Source: Paraphysomonas bandaiensis
Lineage: Eukaryota; Protista; Chrysophyceae
DNA length: 64,000 bases
Assembly: GCA_965644295.1 (NCBI GenBank)
Contig: CBFFRP010000296.1
Span: 62,001 to 126,000, forward strand
Reading direction: 5' to 3'
The notes beneath the pieces were generated by a model. That model saw nothing but the letters and a program-made list of their open reading frames with translations. It had not been told where the DNA came from and did not search any database. Shown here one piece after another: positions 1 to 14,650 of this stretch (position 1 is the first letter of the stretch; the number at the start of each line of letters is the position of its first letter). Made by a program: the position numbers and the translations under genes.

Positions 1-405
1 GCAATCAACGCCTTTTGATCATCTACCGTCTTTAGACATACTATCTCTGATAGCTTCCATGAAACTTTTCTGATATTCGCCTATTAGACACCATGGTGAT
101 TATGAAATACCGGGTTCTCTGCTAGGTCAGGAGCTCGTTTCGGCTATTTCCAGATGAAATGGAGTGGGTTTTGCGCAGTTAATATATCCCAGACGGGCCA
201 GCACCCCCCGAAGCCACACCAGTTCTTGCATAATAGAGTACATGGCTGGATACTCACTCTTTATTGATGAAAAAGTCAAGACTGTGACTTGTAAAATAGT
301 TTGCCAGGTAAGCAGTCCTCCCGCTGCAGCACTATAATGCATCTAGTAGTGGATTGGCGAGACACATCTCTAGCCCAATCTGCATCAAAGAAGTTATATA
401 TGCCT
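1..405 (-). mobile_element. Degenerate Ty1/Copia RNase H remnant
   Basis: Minus strand reads FFDADWARDVSRQSTT...GGLLTWQTILQVTV..SSIKSEY..MQELVWLRGVLARLG..AKPTPF and, after a frameshift, LAENPVFH. This is the Copia RNase H signature, broken by frameshifts and stops. Confidence 0.85.
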
Positions 406-1249
406 TGACGAGACAACAAAGAAATGCCTTGGAGTTATACTACTAGTGTTCAATCCTTTTGTTCAACTATCCCATTTCAGTTCTCTGAGTATCTGGAAAT
501 TTGGAGAGCGTATAGAGGCTATGCTGTGAATCTATGGCTTCTACTTACGGCTATTATCACAAGAAGCTGTGATGCAGATGTGTGGTTACGCACATTGTAT
601 GTGCCTTATAAGAATGTATCTCTGCTTTTTCACATATTATATTATAATTACCACTGTCAACCTTCAATTTTTACGTATCCTGTTTAACTCTTGGACGATC
701 TCTGACACCTCGACCCTTCTCGTGGCGTTTTCGCTTGTGCATTTTGAGGACGTTCTTCCTCCATAAATTCTTCTATGTGTGGTCCTTCTTGCCACATTTA
801 GGGTAAGAGCACACCATAAAAGTCGATGTGATGACCAAACCTGGTGAAACGGTGTATAATATATAGTTACGTTGATGTGAGATTTTCATAAGTATTATTA
901 CAGTAGTTTTATACGAAAAGTAACAATATAATACAATATTTTAGTAAAATCGTTATATATATAATAGATAAAATATAAAACAACTAAATTATAATATAAT
1001 TAACATTAAAATAGACTTCAAATAAGTACTTATATGAAGCATTTTTCCATATAAGAACCTGGTGAAATCACTTTACCAGGTTTCACGATCACACCGACTT
1101 CATATTCAAGTCAAGCGAGCTCGCCACTTAAGGGAATATATATTACCACTTTTGAACAAATTAGTATACAACTGCTCCAAATCCCGTCGAGTTATCAGAA
1201 CAGTTTTTAAAAAATTCAATACATGTGGGGTCACCTTATTATATCGTTT

Positions 1250-1650
1250 ACAAACTCCCCAGTTAACTTTAGAAGATGAAGAACTGCTTGTGTATTTCTA
1301 CGAATTTGTACTGAGTTTTCCTCCGAAATCGCTCCATTCACCTCTTGCAATCAAATCACTGGCCAACAACTCCTTTCAAGGTTCGTCGTAAGCGAACATA
1401 TCCTTCTTCTGAAGAGTTGGTCGACGATCTCCATTGCTTCCGCCACAGGTTAAAATCCCTCGAAGATTGAACTAAAGCAAGTATATTTCCTCTCAAGCCA
1501 TTTGTCGCGATCCTCCTTGTACCTGTTTCGTACAGCTGTTGGCATTATCGGTGGGCCTTACCGGTCGTTCCTCAAGTCCTAAATGGTTTCGATTCTTGTA
1601 CTACGTGAACCACACCCTGATTTTCTAATTAGTCCAGTAATGAGATGGAA
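1250..1650 (-). mobile_element. Possible decayed LTR-retrotransposon gag-like remnant
   Basis: Interrupted minus-strand frames (WTN*KIRVW...YKEDRDKWLERKYTCFSSIFEG) lie upstream of the Copia RNase H on the same strand. The resemblance is weak. Confidence 0.25.
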
Positions 1651-1929
1651 TTTAGGAAGGTGCTACCATAAGTAAATATTATTATACAAGCGTTGGATAT
1701 TTTCCTCCACGTTTTATACTAGAGTACTTACTAGTACTATGATCACTACGTGTTATATGTCTGTTTTATTGACATAGTTCTTCACTATTTATTTCATTAA
1801 TATAAGTAATACTGTTTCTCAAGTGCTTCATTCTTCATACAACGGTTATAATTCAATGCAGCTTTTGATTGCTTACAACAAATAAACAACACCCAACATA
1901 GAAAACCATACAGTACATATGGCCTAGGC

Positions 1930-2420
1930 TGATAACATGCATATTTAGCAATCTCAGGCATGAAACAGCTTGGAATATAGTCATTACTTGCAGGAATACT
2001 AGTTGTCGACGCCTCGTGTATGCGTTTCTCAATGCTGTGTGTTGCTTCCCTATATGAGCTCACACAACTCATTCTATTCCTCCCTCATATCTACTCGGTA
2101 TCGCATGAATTTGCTTTAAATTATAATAACGGCTCCAATAAATTTGACTCCCTTGTCATGCAACACCTGCCGCCCAGCATTATTCAAATAGAACGAGTCA
2201 AAAACCACGACTGACAGAGACATATTGATGTATGATATTAACCCAGTGATGGACAACGTTGTAAGCAGATATAGACTGCCCCAGTTGTTTGCTTGTACCA
2301 TGCAACCGCAAACCTATCATGAAACTAACTTATGGTTCAGAGGTGCACATAGCTCATACAGCCACATCCCTTCCTTGCCCAGCTTCATGTAAACCGCACA
2401 TACATCTGGGCTTCTAGTTG
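1930..2420 (-). mobile_element. piggyBac-like transposase remnant (pseudogene)
   Basis: Minus-strand fragments KLGKEGMWLYELCAP and VVVFDSFYLNNAGRQVLHDKGVKFIGAV resemble piggyBac DDD-transposase blocks (KxxKxG.., hhDxYF....L...G..F.G.V). The frames are broken. Confidence 0.5.
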
Positions 2421-2619
2421 CAAATTAGTATTTCATTAGATATAAAAAACATTTTGAAGCTTCATCGACTCAGCCCTAATTTTAACTTGTCGTACAGCTT
2501 TTTTCTGTGCTCTCTTTTGAATCTGTTTGGGGGACATCTCTAAAAATAAGAATGAGTTGCATATAATGAAGTTATTGGCACATTACTATACCCGGTGATT
2601 GGATCACAGCAAATGAACA

Positions 2620-2941
2620 GCCATCCGGGAAAATGGGCCCATCTCAAGGGAACCCGGGAGTGGGCCCACCTCAAGGGCATCCGGGGTATTGGGCTGCCTG
2701 CTGAAGCCAAGCATCCGGGCTATTCACTAAGGACTCAAAAATCCTGAAGTCAGCAGATGTAAAGTATATCAACATTTCGCTTCCTCACTGCGTTTGCTTT
2801 AACTGATAGAGCGAAAGTGGCTGCACCTTGGTGCCTGCGGTGGCGCACAAGCAGCATTCGTAGTGTTAAATTGTAGGATATTAGAGTTAAGAACTTACTC
2901 TTAAACACCTATGCTAAAGTAATATGACATTCACAACTACT
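2620..2941 (+). mobile_element. SINE-like dispersed repeat (family R1), 5'-truncated copy
   Basis: gggcccacctcaagggcatccggggtattgggctgcctgctgaag...gatagagcgaaagtgg...gcacaagcagc...gacattcacaactac recurs at 16.7, 37.1, 45.7, 58.4, 60.3 and 60.8 kb. Confidence 0.8.
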
Positions 2942-3300
2942 TCATTTGAGTGGAGTAAGAATGTCAGAATTTACTGTTACGTGTTTTCCGTTCATATCAA
3001 GAGTATTTTTGTTTTCTATGTGCTGTGATGATGCGTGTGGTTTTTGAGTGTGGGTAAAACCAGTATATCTGAATGTGCGGTACAATAGGTAATACTCTGA
3101 ATACGTTTGAAGCAGTTTGGCAATTAATACAGCAACGTCGCAAGAACTCAGCACGTTAAGGTTTATGTGAACCACAGTAAGCAAGAGTGAAAGGTTCTCC
3201 GTCGTTCCAATTGTAGAAACAATATATGGAATTAACCATTTTAAATTAAAATATATCACTGCAAAAACATCTAACATACAGAAAGACTATTACATCTGTG

Positions 3301-6300
3301 TCATAGGCCTTTGTTATCCTGAAAATTAACATCACTCAAACTGTACGCTTTGTGAGATACGTCAATTGACTGTCGCTTTATTGACGTATACTCGTCTCGT
3401 TGTTTTGACTTAATGGTTTTCACGTATTTGCCGCTGTTATCTTTCAAACATTCAGCAGCTTTGTTTCGTGAGAGTACGACAGGGTTTTCGTTTGTAAGAG
3501 AAACCACTTTCCCTTTAACTCCAAATGTTCTCCTCTGAAATGGAGGTGCATAAGTATGCTTTTTATACTCTGGTACAGATTCCTCTGGATTGCAATCATA
3601 AGTTAAAGTGTTAGATATCTCAGGAGACCATTTAACAAAAGGTGCTCTAGAAGATATCTCAGGAGAGGTTGTGGACGCTGTTAAGGCTTTCCCGTTCGTT
3701 GTGCTCTTCGTATCAAAACTTACACGTGATGCACTTTGCCCTGACGACAACGGTCCTATTTCAAGTGGTGCTGGTGTTGATGACGTCTGCTTTTTATCAA
3801 GCTCGACGTCATCATGCGTATTTTCTCCACTCCACAACGCATTTCCAGTAGCATCCATATGACGAAAAAGGTTTCTGCGATACTCAGATATCACCGGATC
3901 AGAATTGATTGAATCTCGACTACGTAAACCAGGTCGACACGCCTCTAAAAAATATTTGTCATTATCCATTGCGGAAGCAGAAATAAAAGCACGCAAGGCA
4001 TCCCTCTCTGCCCGTATTTTTTTCATAACCTCTCCACCATCTTTCTTGGCTAATTTAACAGAGACAGGAGACGTCTTAGCAAGAAGGCGTTTGTTATCCT
4101 TCAGAGACGCTAGACTAGCTAAAACTATTGGTTTCGACCTCGGATTATCTAAAAGAGAGTTCGGCTGGTCAGAAGAGAAACATACGTCGTCCGGATAAAG
4201 TTCGCATGGCTTTGATGGAGATGTAATTTGCAATGTTTCAGCATTTCCTTTATATACGAGAGGGTCAACAAAACTATTACGATGCTGCCTTTGCTGCAAA
4301 TTCGCATCACCTCCAGCAGAGGAACTTCGCACAGGTGGTAACAAAATTGAGTCACTATAACTGTCATCAAAATCGCTCTTTGCTCGACTGCCCTTACCGA
4401 TGGACTTCAACAGTGATCTCGGTGCTCCAGTCGCCTTCAGTGCATCAACAACCGAGGAATGCACCATAACAACTTCTTTGAATTCAGCTAGCTCAGGTTT
4501 ACGCACATAGTCACGCTCCCCTGGATTTACGGGTGTGTATGCTCGATCACGCTTGCGCAGCTTGCTGTGAGCACGCTCGACATCAGCGCGTGGACCGTCC
4601 CATATCAATGCCGCCATTTCTCCCGTGCTGTTGTCGGATCGAGGCCATACTTTCTTCTCGGTAGAAATATTACTAGCACTCAGTACCCTGGACAATGGCT
4701 TCGACCGAGACTTCTCATTTCGGACTTCCATATGATCCTGTAACTTGCCTTCCGATGTTGGTGGCATCATTAAATCGTCAAACTCAGTATCTTTAGTGAC
4801 ATATTTTTTCCAGTCTACGCGAGTGGGTATCAAACTTTCTGTGTTACATGCACTAAAGTCACCACCACCGTCGTCCGTCACTGTCATATCATCATCAAAT
4901 ACATGCAGATTAGGAAGCCGAACTTTTTTAAACTGAAAAGGCTCGTATATATCATACAACTCCTCTAACTCAGCAATTCGCTGGCGACGAATCTCAACGA
5001 CACGATTATCCTCTTCTCGTCGAAGTTGCCCCATTATATCCTCATGTTCCATATTCGCAAAATCACGCATTTTACTTCTGTAATGCTGATGAGCGATATC
5101 TTCTTTCTGCATTAACATGATTTCTTTTTCGGTTTTTAACTGTTCTTGCCTTTGATTTTCTTTTTCTGCTTCCCTTTCTTCCTTCAAGATACGAGCGAAT
5201 TCTACTTGTCGTTGTTTAGCCTCTTCTTCCAACCGCGCATCCTCCGCTTCCTGTCTACGTTGCGCTTTAAGATTTTCAAGGTGTTCTCGTACACGCTTCA
5301 GTCGATCTTTATTTTCTTCAATTCTTTGATCTCGCTCGGCTTTTTCTTGACGAATTCGCTCCTCTTCTTCTTTCCTCTTGCGCTCCTCCACCTGTAATCT
5401 TTTCAGCTCTCTGGCCTGTTGCAATGCAACCTCAGCCTCCCGCGCCATCTCCTCCACGACATCCATCACTTCATCTTCATTGTCAATGCCACTCCCGTCA
5501 ACATACTGTACGGTTTGTTTAATGTGATCATATTGCCCAGGGAGCTTATTCCCGAAACTGAAGTCTTTGAAGCGCGGTTTTCCGACAGGTAACTCACGAT
5601 CAATTTCAATTGTTTTCGTGTACGTTCGCAACATGGCAGATCGTTTATCTTCTTCTCTCATCAATTTTCTACCAGCTTCCATGCGAACCTCTTCTTCCGC
5701 GAGCCAATTTAAATAAGCCTGATGTTTTTGACCTTCTAATTCACCACGATGCATCATCTCGTCGTCATCTTGCAGTGCCATAGAGCTGTACCATGACATT
5801 ACTTCCTCAACAGAATATGTTTCATTAGATATCGATGGAAATGGTTTAAAGCGTTTTACAGGCTCCACATACTTAGGCGTTATCAATCCTAAACGAGGAA
5901 ATAAATACTGCGACGTAGGCTTACTAGGGCCAGCAGGGGGCCACAACAGACGCAACATACTGAAGTGACGAGCACTTATAATGGCTTTGATGTGTTTTCC
6001 AAGTACTTCACATCGAAGAAGATCACCCTGCGGCTTATTGACTTCGTTTTCATATATCTGCGCGACATCCTCTTCATCAGAAATATTAGATCGTGATCGA
6101 GAAGTTGACAGATTAAACTCAGACGGTCGTTTCAATAATCGCTTGGCTACTTTCTTTGCCGCAGGAGCTGCCGCTTCCTTTGAGCGCAATATCAGTCTCT
6201 CTTTCATCCGGACATCAGCTTTGACGACACGCTTCTCCCAATCAGTGAACATTATTCGTGCTACTGTTGGTATAGCACGCAACGGATTCTCGTGCAATTC

Positions 6301-9300
6301 ATTACCAACATACCACTTTTCAAATTTCTCCCACCGTTGTTGTCGACTAGGCTGTAAAAAAGGCCCATGAAGTACAAGAGCATCTTCAACATCAGGAACG
6401 CACACACCAACTTCAACGGCGAGTTCAACAATCGTAGATATCATACACGCCAACTGAATTTCCATCGCCTGCAGCAATGTACAGTGAATAAAGCGCCACA
6501 TCTATACAGTACTCTTACCTTTTCTTCTTCGGTTGCTTTGTCCCACCCTTTAATTGGCCGCTTATCTTGGCCCATCAACGTCAGTAAAGTCGCCTGTGGA
6601 GGAACTTCAGCCCTCAGAGAATCGTCAGAAATGTCCACAAAAGTTGAAGCACCAGATATAAGCTGATACATATCCTCCGTGACATCTCGTGGGACCAAAT
6701 TCTTCATCTCGCACACTTCGGTCATTTTTTTCATAGCCATGATAACAGTGATAGCCTAAACAATTAACGCAATTATATTGCAACTCATAAGATGTAAGAA
6801 GAAAGGTCGATACATTAACCTACCTCCATCCTAAGTTGTCCTCGCTTTAGTTCTAAGTCCCGCACACTCAGTCCTTCATCTTCTCCGTGCTTGTATGCCA
6901 TGTGCAGGTTAGACACCATCTGTATGGCGTCTTGAACATTAGCAGATCGATCTTGTAGGCGCTCAGAACGCTCCACCAGGCGCATACGGCGGGGATCGTC
7001 ATCTCCATCATCACCATTGTCCGATAGATCATCGTCATCAGAATCCACATCTTCATCGTCTTTTGAGGCAAATATATCTTTGTCTAAATTTTCTTCTTCC
7101 ACCGGAGTGTTTGGCCCCGACTTAATGGCAGGATTTTCCTCGGCAGTATTGTTGTCACTGACGCTGTTATTATCCTTATTGCCAGCACTTTCACTAACAC
7201 TTTCGTTTTCAGCACTCTCAGTATCGTCAGTCAATCTGCGTACACATGATCAGAATAATGCGACCAATTACAACTGTGGCTTCTACTTACTTTAAATTTT
7301 CTTTCCCCTTCTCTACCAACTGCTTCTCAAGCAACTTGACCTCTTTTCTCTCCAATTTTTGGCGAAGTTTATCGAGTTTCTTATCTTCCCTTTCTTCCTT
7401 CGCTTTCTCCAGGCGCTGATTTATTACACGCCCCCCTTTCAACCAAGATCTAAAGATTATATATTCATCACTCTCAACCAATGCATCCAGGTTCTGTGCT
7501 TTAACCAAATTGGTCAACTTTTCAGATTGTGGGAAAGTTAGATATCCATCGTCCTCACATAACTCGATCGTTTCACCATCATTACAAACATACAGTGCTT
7601 CCCTCTGCATAAAATCTGAACGAACCTAAATCGACTACTCAGAATGATAACAAAAGTCACATTTCACAAACCTCACTGAATCCAAAATCCATATCACCAC
7701 CAGTCCACCACTTGATAAAATGATTTACTTGTTTTACAGCATCCTTTGCGGTTCCCTGATAACAAACAATGCAACTGTCACGACCACAACATTCTAAACA
7801 CAGCATCAAACACACATTTTCACACTCGTCGTCTCCTTCGTCAGCGGAGCTCTTATCGGAATCATCTACGAAGGAATTGAGCCAATCCTCAAGCATATCC
7901 GCTGTGGGCAGCTTGATGTTGTCTTTTTTTGCAGCCATTTGAACATCCACATCATATATCGCTGCCACCATTTCATCGTGACGATTCTCATTGTCTAATC
8001 TAGAGACGAATATATATTAGGACTATAAGCCACTATAATCAGTACACTGGATCTATTTTATTCGCAATCCAAATACATTTCGCTGCACCTGTTCCATTCA
8101 ATATCCAGAATTTCTGGCGGATAATCATCAGTCCGAAATCTATTTAGAGTCGCGGCAATCGTTGAATCTATAGCACACAAAATTTTACGTTACATCAGTA
8201 GATAAAAAGTCTTACCTTTCATTCGTACCGCCGTACCACTCTCAGTTTGTGTATGTTGCGCGCAGCAATAAACCTTATATACATGTTTCGCCTTGAGGTT
8301 GTTAATACTAAACTCGATAGCGGATTGTGCCCGCAGCGGCTTTGTGATAATCTATGACAGCAAAAATAGGATGAACATAAGGCGGTCAACATATGTGTAT
8401 CACTACCTGAGAAATTCCTTTGTACCGAATTCTTAGAGACTCCAAGTCGTCAAAGTCCTTGGCTTTAGGGACGGAGTTCCCTTCCTTGAAAACAACAACA
8501 AAAACTGCACCTTGCATTAATGGAGCATAAATACAAGAATTTATACATACCCGTTCCTTCTTTCGTGCTCTCTATCGAAATATCAGCACTGTCATGCCTT
8601 ACGTCAGCAATTTCTACATTAATTTCTGGAGGGCACTGAAGTTCCAGTACAACTTTGTTCAGAAGCTTTGCAAATTTCGTAAACTGTTTTAAATTAAATT
8701 GTAGGTCTCCTTTCCCTTTCCGCCGTTTTTGCGATGTCGCCTGTTGCATGATTTCTGTGATCTGCAGTAGTGTCAAAGAGAGAAAAATAGCGAAAAAAAG
8801 AGAAGTACCTGATTCTGAGATACCCCAGCTGTAGCAGCTGCCTGCAGCTTATCCCATTGCATTACACGGTCTCCTGTAACTGTGTCAACTTGTTTTGGGA
8901 TATCGAGGTCTGCTGAGTCTAGGGATGGTGATTCATCTGCAGTGGAGAGAGATTCGGAAGGTTTCGGCTCAGCGGATTCGGTCATTGATGATCGTTTGCT
9001 ATCAGATTGAATAAAACTATCAAACGCTTCTTTACTCTGTTGAATCTGCAGAAAAAGGAAAATTAAATCTCCGTGTAGAAGCACTGTATCAACTTACAAT
9101 TTTTTTGTTTTCTTCCCGCTTTTTCAACAAAAACTGTTTCTTCTCCTCCGGAGTCATACTTTCATACAACGACTTTTCTGATGAAACCAATGTTTTCTCC
9201 ACAGCCTTGACCTGGCTCTCGCTTGATAGGTCGCCGGTCATTACTGAGAGATCATCGTCACTTTCATCATCATCGTCACTCCATTCTTCAGACTCAACAG

Positions 9301-12300
9301 TACTTTTGAGTCGCATAACTTTATCGCGAGAAGTCTAATACAACAGACATCACCAAATTATATGTGGCGCCTACAGATCACCGTTCCTACCATGCGATAA
9401 AAGAGGGGTCTCTCTGATCTCTCATAAAAGCTGGGCGGGTTACGCATATAGGGCCTATCAGCCAATGACGACAACAAGTCAATTCGAGGAACTTTCTCCA
9501 GCCCTCCGTCACACAGATAGTTCATTGCATCATCATCTTTATGTGGTGCAGGGGTTCGATACACACTTACACCTTCCTATATATATGAGAACACAATTAT
9601 ATAGACTAGAAAACACATCGCCGTGTCTAAACCTGCAGTGGAAATTGCCCACATACGGATACCGGATTGGCAACATATCTTTCAACGCGAGGTTCATACT
9701 TATCCTTCAATGCCCCAGTGAGCGTTGTACTGATTGTTGTACCTCGATAGGGCTGACGCATGGACGGTCTGTCACGATAACATGTAAGCTAGAACACACT
9801 ATCTTTTCATTCCGACTGTTACGACAACAACACACCTTGGTGGAATTACAGCGGTGTATGGATCGCTTCTACCAGTTCCTGGTCGGGAGTCAACTTGTAC
9901 AACTCCTCGAGTTCCAGATCTATTTCCTCCATATAGAACTCCCACGGAGTGTGGAGTTACCTGTGTCGCAGTCTCTGCCTGTGTAAATAGTGCTTCCTTA
10001 CTAACAACTTGCATTGAGGCACCTAAACACCACCCATCCTCAGATGTCATTACATCCACAACGAGTATATCACCTGAGTTCAAACTAGAATGTAAAACTG
10101 GAGAGTCTACAACTGCCACAGAATCCTCAGATATCTCATCGCTAATGTCATATTCTCGAGGAGTGTCCTTTCGCCACGTCTTGACTGGTGCTGCATTTAC
10201 TTCAATCTCGCGCTCACTCTTGCAACCAGTCAGATCATGCCCTTCAACTGTCGATATCTTTTGTGGCAGTTCCAATATGGTGTCTACAATATGCATAAAC
10301 ATAGGTAAATTACGAAGCACTAGCAACTACCTTGGATGCGTTTAAGGTCTTCCATAGCACTGGGCAGAGTAACCGTCGGAGGTGGAGACCTCGGCTCCGC
10401 ACTGACAGTCGGGACCATATTCGAGCTATTATCTTCGGAACTTAGCACATCTTCCACCAGCGGAATGGCTGGTGGATATGGCTGATCTCTCGATATAATA
10501 TACTTCTTGCTATGATCCTGACGACAACGGCGTGATTATCATTGACACACTTCAATCGATAACCGAACAGATCATATGTAAAGCTTACCTTAGGAACGAT
10601 TGATTCTAAATCTCCAACAGTGGTCTCAGGAACTTTCATATGAACACCATTGTGCATGATCGACTTCATTTTCGTAGTGTTTGTACTGGAAGTGTGGGAT
10701 GGGGCCCCAGAATCCTTTGAAGTGTGCTTTCCTTTCGTTGGTGATCCTTTTGAGACACCATACTTTTTAGGTGCCACGGAGCTTAAATTAACTCTCTGGC
10801 GGGCTACGCTTTCTGGAGGCTTGAAAGCTGCTGTGACATCTACAATCCTGCCAGTGACACACTGTGGAAAATTTTCAGTTGTGTCGCATGGCTTCTCCAC
10901 AACATACTTCAAGCTTGTCGATGAATCTCTTCCCGTCGGGGATTCACTACGACCTTCAGCATCCGTTGGTCGATCACAACTTGTTTTTATATCAGGTGTA
11001 ACTATTTCAGGGGTTATGAACTCTGCTTCTGGAATATCAATATTGCCTTTTTGCCATTGAGGATATATATCCCAGCTATAACGCTGCGATTTAACACCTT
11101 TCTTAGAAGCACAATTGGCAGCTACCTGAGGCCTGTGTACGGCGCAAATCACACACATACCATCGGCATTCGATATAATACTTCGATCATCACTCAAATA
11201 GGATGCAACCGAGTTCCCGCCCGACTTGCAAGACCTGGGACTGTCGATATTACTGACAGACTCACCATATCTTTTCTCAGCTTTGTCACTCTTCTCTTTA
11301 GATAAAAAGAGTTGCCCCTTACTTCCTTGTGCCAAGGTGACAACAATGCCTCCAACTAAAGCACTGATTCTCCATTGAGATATTCTAGATGATCCCGGGC
11401 AAGACGTCATTGGATAACAAAAAGCCAGCTCTGGAGTTGACGAAACAGTAAATGTTTGACAGCGCACTGGGGTTAAATATCGACATGATGGGTAACGTCG
11501 TTTAGAAATGCTGTCAAAAAAATCTGGGACAGGCATTGATCGTGAGACCATGTATCGCCACAGAGTAATTGTTTTATCAGCTGACGTTGTGACAAAAGTA
11601 GAATTTTCAGCAATTAGTTTCATATCGTCCAGGCTAAGTGCTATACTGCCCTCTTCGGAGTTCGTGCAAATATGATCCCCAACAACAGTGGAGTACTTAA
11701 CTGCTTTGGCATCACCCTTCATACTGAAATCAATACTTGCAGCCTTTACCGTACAATTTGGTAAATTGACCCATGATTGTATGCCTGTGATAGTACCAGT
11801 GTGACGACGTTCACTCCAAATGCTATCACGCACAACTTGAACTTTCCCTCCACCTCTGTCAAGTAATCCAGGTATCGGCCACTGTGCCAACGATCCGTCA
11901 GAACTTCCAGTGAAAAAAGTTATACATGCAGGGCCTAGTGATGCAAAAGTAACAGTGTTTATACTATCCATTTCTATTAACTCCCCTATACCAGCTATTC
12001 TCCAGCTAATTTGATAGATGCTCAATATTTGTGCATGCGAACTTCGAGCATTACTGGCCTGAAAAAACATGGGCTGCCAAACTTTTAACTGGCCATCTAC
12101 AGAAATCGACACAATGGCAGACCCGGGCGAAGACTTTGGACACAATTGACTAGAAGATCGCCCTGATTTCGCAGTACCTAGTCTCCACAAGCTTCTCAAT
12201 GAATCCCCCGTTGCGATTATAGCAGCAACAGCTGTGTCGTGAGCTCTTATGGAACCCTGATGCAAAACAGATGTTTGGTTACAGAGAGCAAAGTTGATCA

Positions 12301-14650
12301 TTCCTTGCGAATCTCCAACCATCGACAGAGCATGAGTACCAATGATACCTAAGCCCTCTACCGTAGCTTTATGACCGCCGCTTTCAAGTTGTTCAGGTGA
12401 TAGATTTATAAATACATCTGCTACTAGTAGTGTTGTTACTTTCGCTTGGGGACTAATTTCAACCTCAAGTCTGATAGGACGCTGCTGTCCCGAAAAATTA
12501 GCTTTCAAGTTGAACACAAACCCTTCCTTTATATCCGTGATAACAACTAGCATTCCAGCACGACATGCCACTCCAACATTCGTAAACTGTAGTGCCGAAT
12601 TGGGTGGTATGGAATCCGTTGGCTTTGATATTTTTATTACGCCTTGTCGAGTAACACGTCGAATATCACATGTGGAAGCAGACCGCGTAGAGCTCGGCTC
12701 ACTTACGACAACCAAGCCACCAGGCGACACAGCTTGCAACGCTGCATCCTTGGAGGCGTTCATGTGCGGATGAAATGCTGTCAACAGTGACATAGGACGG
12801 TAATAAAACACCGCACCTCCATCTACCTCGCTACACTTGTCGATTTCAAATGAAGCCCTCTTCTGTGGGCTAACAGGAGAAAAAACGTTCGCACCAGGCG
12901 AAGACGGTGACATGACCAGATCTGCTGGTGTCACCGGCATTGCATTTATCAATTCAGAAGAGGTTAACGAATCCGTCATAGCAAGGATGTGGCGTGCATT
13001 TCCTCCTGCTGGGCTTTGCATCGACAACTGAGCGTCTGGAGAGTAGCTACTTAGATCTACAGTAGGCTTCATCTCATCACTACTTTCGTCGAATATGCAC
13101 TGCATTCGAGACGCCTCAAGCCACTGTTGATCGGACACACATGGCGAGTGAAGGGCAATCATACAAACTTCATCACCAGCAAGACCCAAGTATAGTACCT
13201 CGCAACCAGGCAAGCCTCTAGCTTCAGTAAACGCACCTATACCCTCGGCGAGAAAGAGTATACGACGGTCGAAGTTCTTATCATCCGTTGGCCTGGAGTC
13301 AACTGTGCCATCAGTAATGTGAAACTTCGGAGTGCCAAATCCAGTTGTCACACCAGAAAACACCAAATCGCAGTGGTGTTTGAGTTGGTTTTTGTAGATC
13401 CAAAATTGGGCATGCCGATTACTTTGAATTAGCATGATCGCCGTTCCAAAATCCCCACCTACTGTCTCGATGTGCATATGCAACAAGTGTGATTTCAATG
13501 GTATCGAGAAGCGCTCGAAAGTAGAGGCAGTACAGGCTAAAAAAGTACTTGGAGGCGACCAAAACTCGAGGCGACAAATATTTTCATCATCTGATTTGCA
13601 CATGACAGCAAAATCAGCCCCAAATTTGTCTGCAAACAGTCTACGTGGCAAACTTATAAATCTATCTTTGTCGATATGCCAGAGTATTTCCAGAGAACCG
13701 CTATCCCAACAGGAAATATGCCCCAGACTGGTAAGGATAAGCAGACATCCAGGAACATCTTGACATAGTAATTGAATTGGGGTACTGCGAAAGCCTGAGG
13801 GGAGTCGAGTCTGTAGACGGAAAATAATATGATAAGTCCCAGCAGAACACTCTTGCTGCCTGGTAAGAACGTATCGAACTGCGTAGCTCTTAACTTCACA
13901 TTTACGTGTCAAGAGCATTATTTCCTTCCGTTGGTTATCGAAATCTGCACAAAACCCACCCCATGAATTAGCCAGTTTTACTCTACTCGATACATTGGCA
14001 GACATATCCAAAAAATAGGCCACAACTTCATCTTCACGTTCTGATTACAAAGTATATCGTCAAGAGATGTATACACGAGAGAACTTAATGCTCACCTAAT
14101 AATACCATAAACGAATAATACACTTCCAACGCATAAAATCCAATCACTTGTGAAGTACTCGGCATGTTCCAGTGCCCACATTCTCCCCACGTCCCTTTCT
14201 CGGTTTGTCTACTTACAGTTAGTTCGTGCTTGTTGATAGACAATACTGCTGAGCAGCGACGAAGATATGCGACAGGTGAACTTCCTGGGGTTGAGGTAAA
14301 GTTCGATAACTCAATTTGTTGCAAACTTATCATAATATCTAGTTATTCAAACTAACGAATTATCATACAATAGTTCATCAACTACGAGTGCTTCTCATGA
14401 CAGCTGCTTTAAGTCTGATTCAATAAAATTATCGCAATATCCGACACCAGCTTGTTAGGATTAGCTCCACAGTGTAAGATGATCTACCAAAGCAACACCA
14501 TGTACACCCCTCTATAGATGAGATAGTGAACCTGATGCCTACTACAGCAGCAAATATCGTCGAATTTAACGGAGACAGAATCGAAAATACTACAAAAAAA
14601 TACATTCCGTAACACGCACCTACACGCTGTGGGAGGCATACGAGTGGCAT
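3301..14650 (-). CDS. Very large multi-exon protein (about 3000+ aa): N-terminal WD40-like beta-propeller region, acidic low-complexity segments, possible FN3-like strand block, long coiled coil
   Basis: Consecutive minus-strand ORFs (14023-10442, 10326-9799, 9564-9358, 9316-9089, 9084-8773, 8776-8465, 7971-7657, 7610-7287, 7234-6815, 6740-6441, 6501-3301) can be joined by short GT-AG introns, e.g. 6469-6518 (EEEK|AMEIQL). WD-like motifs include AHDTAVAAI..SISVDGQLKVW, TGSSDGSLAQW and TSADKTITLW. The start codon and some junctions are uncertain, and this could be two genes. Confidence 0.7.

Noticed and set aside
2800-2825. CTGATAGAGCGAAA in R1 as a minimal hammerhead ribozyme core (also CTGATGA at 45708 and 60188)
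   Set aside because: It is not a canonical CUGANGA. Other copies read GTGATAGAGCGAAA, and I cannot find stems I and III with a cleavage triplet.
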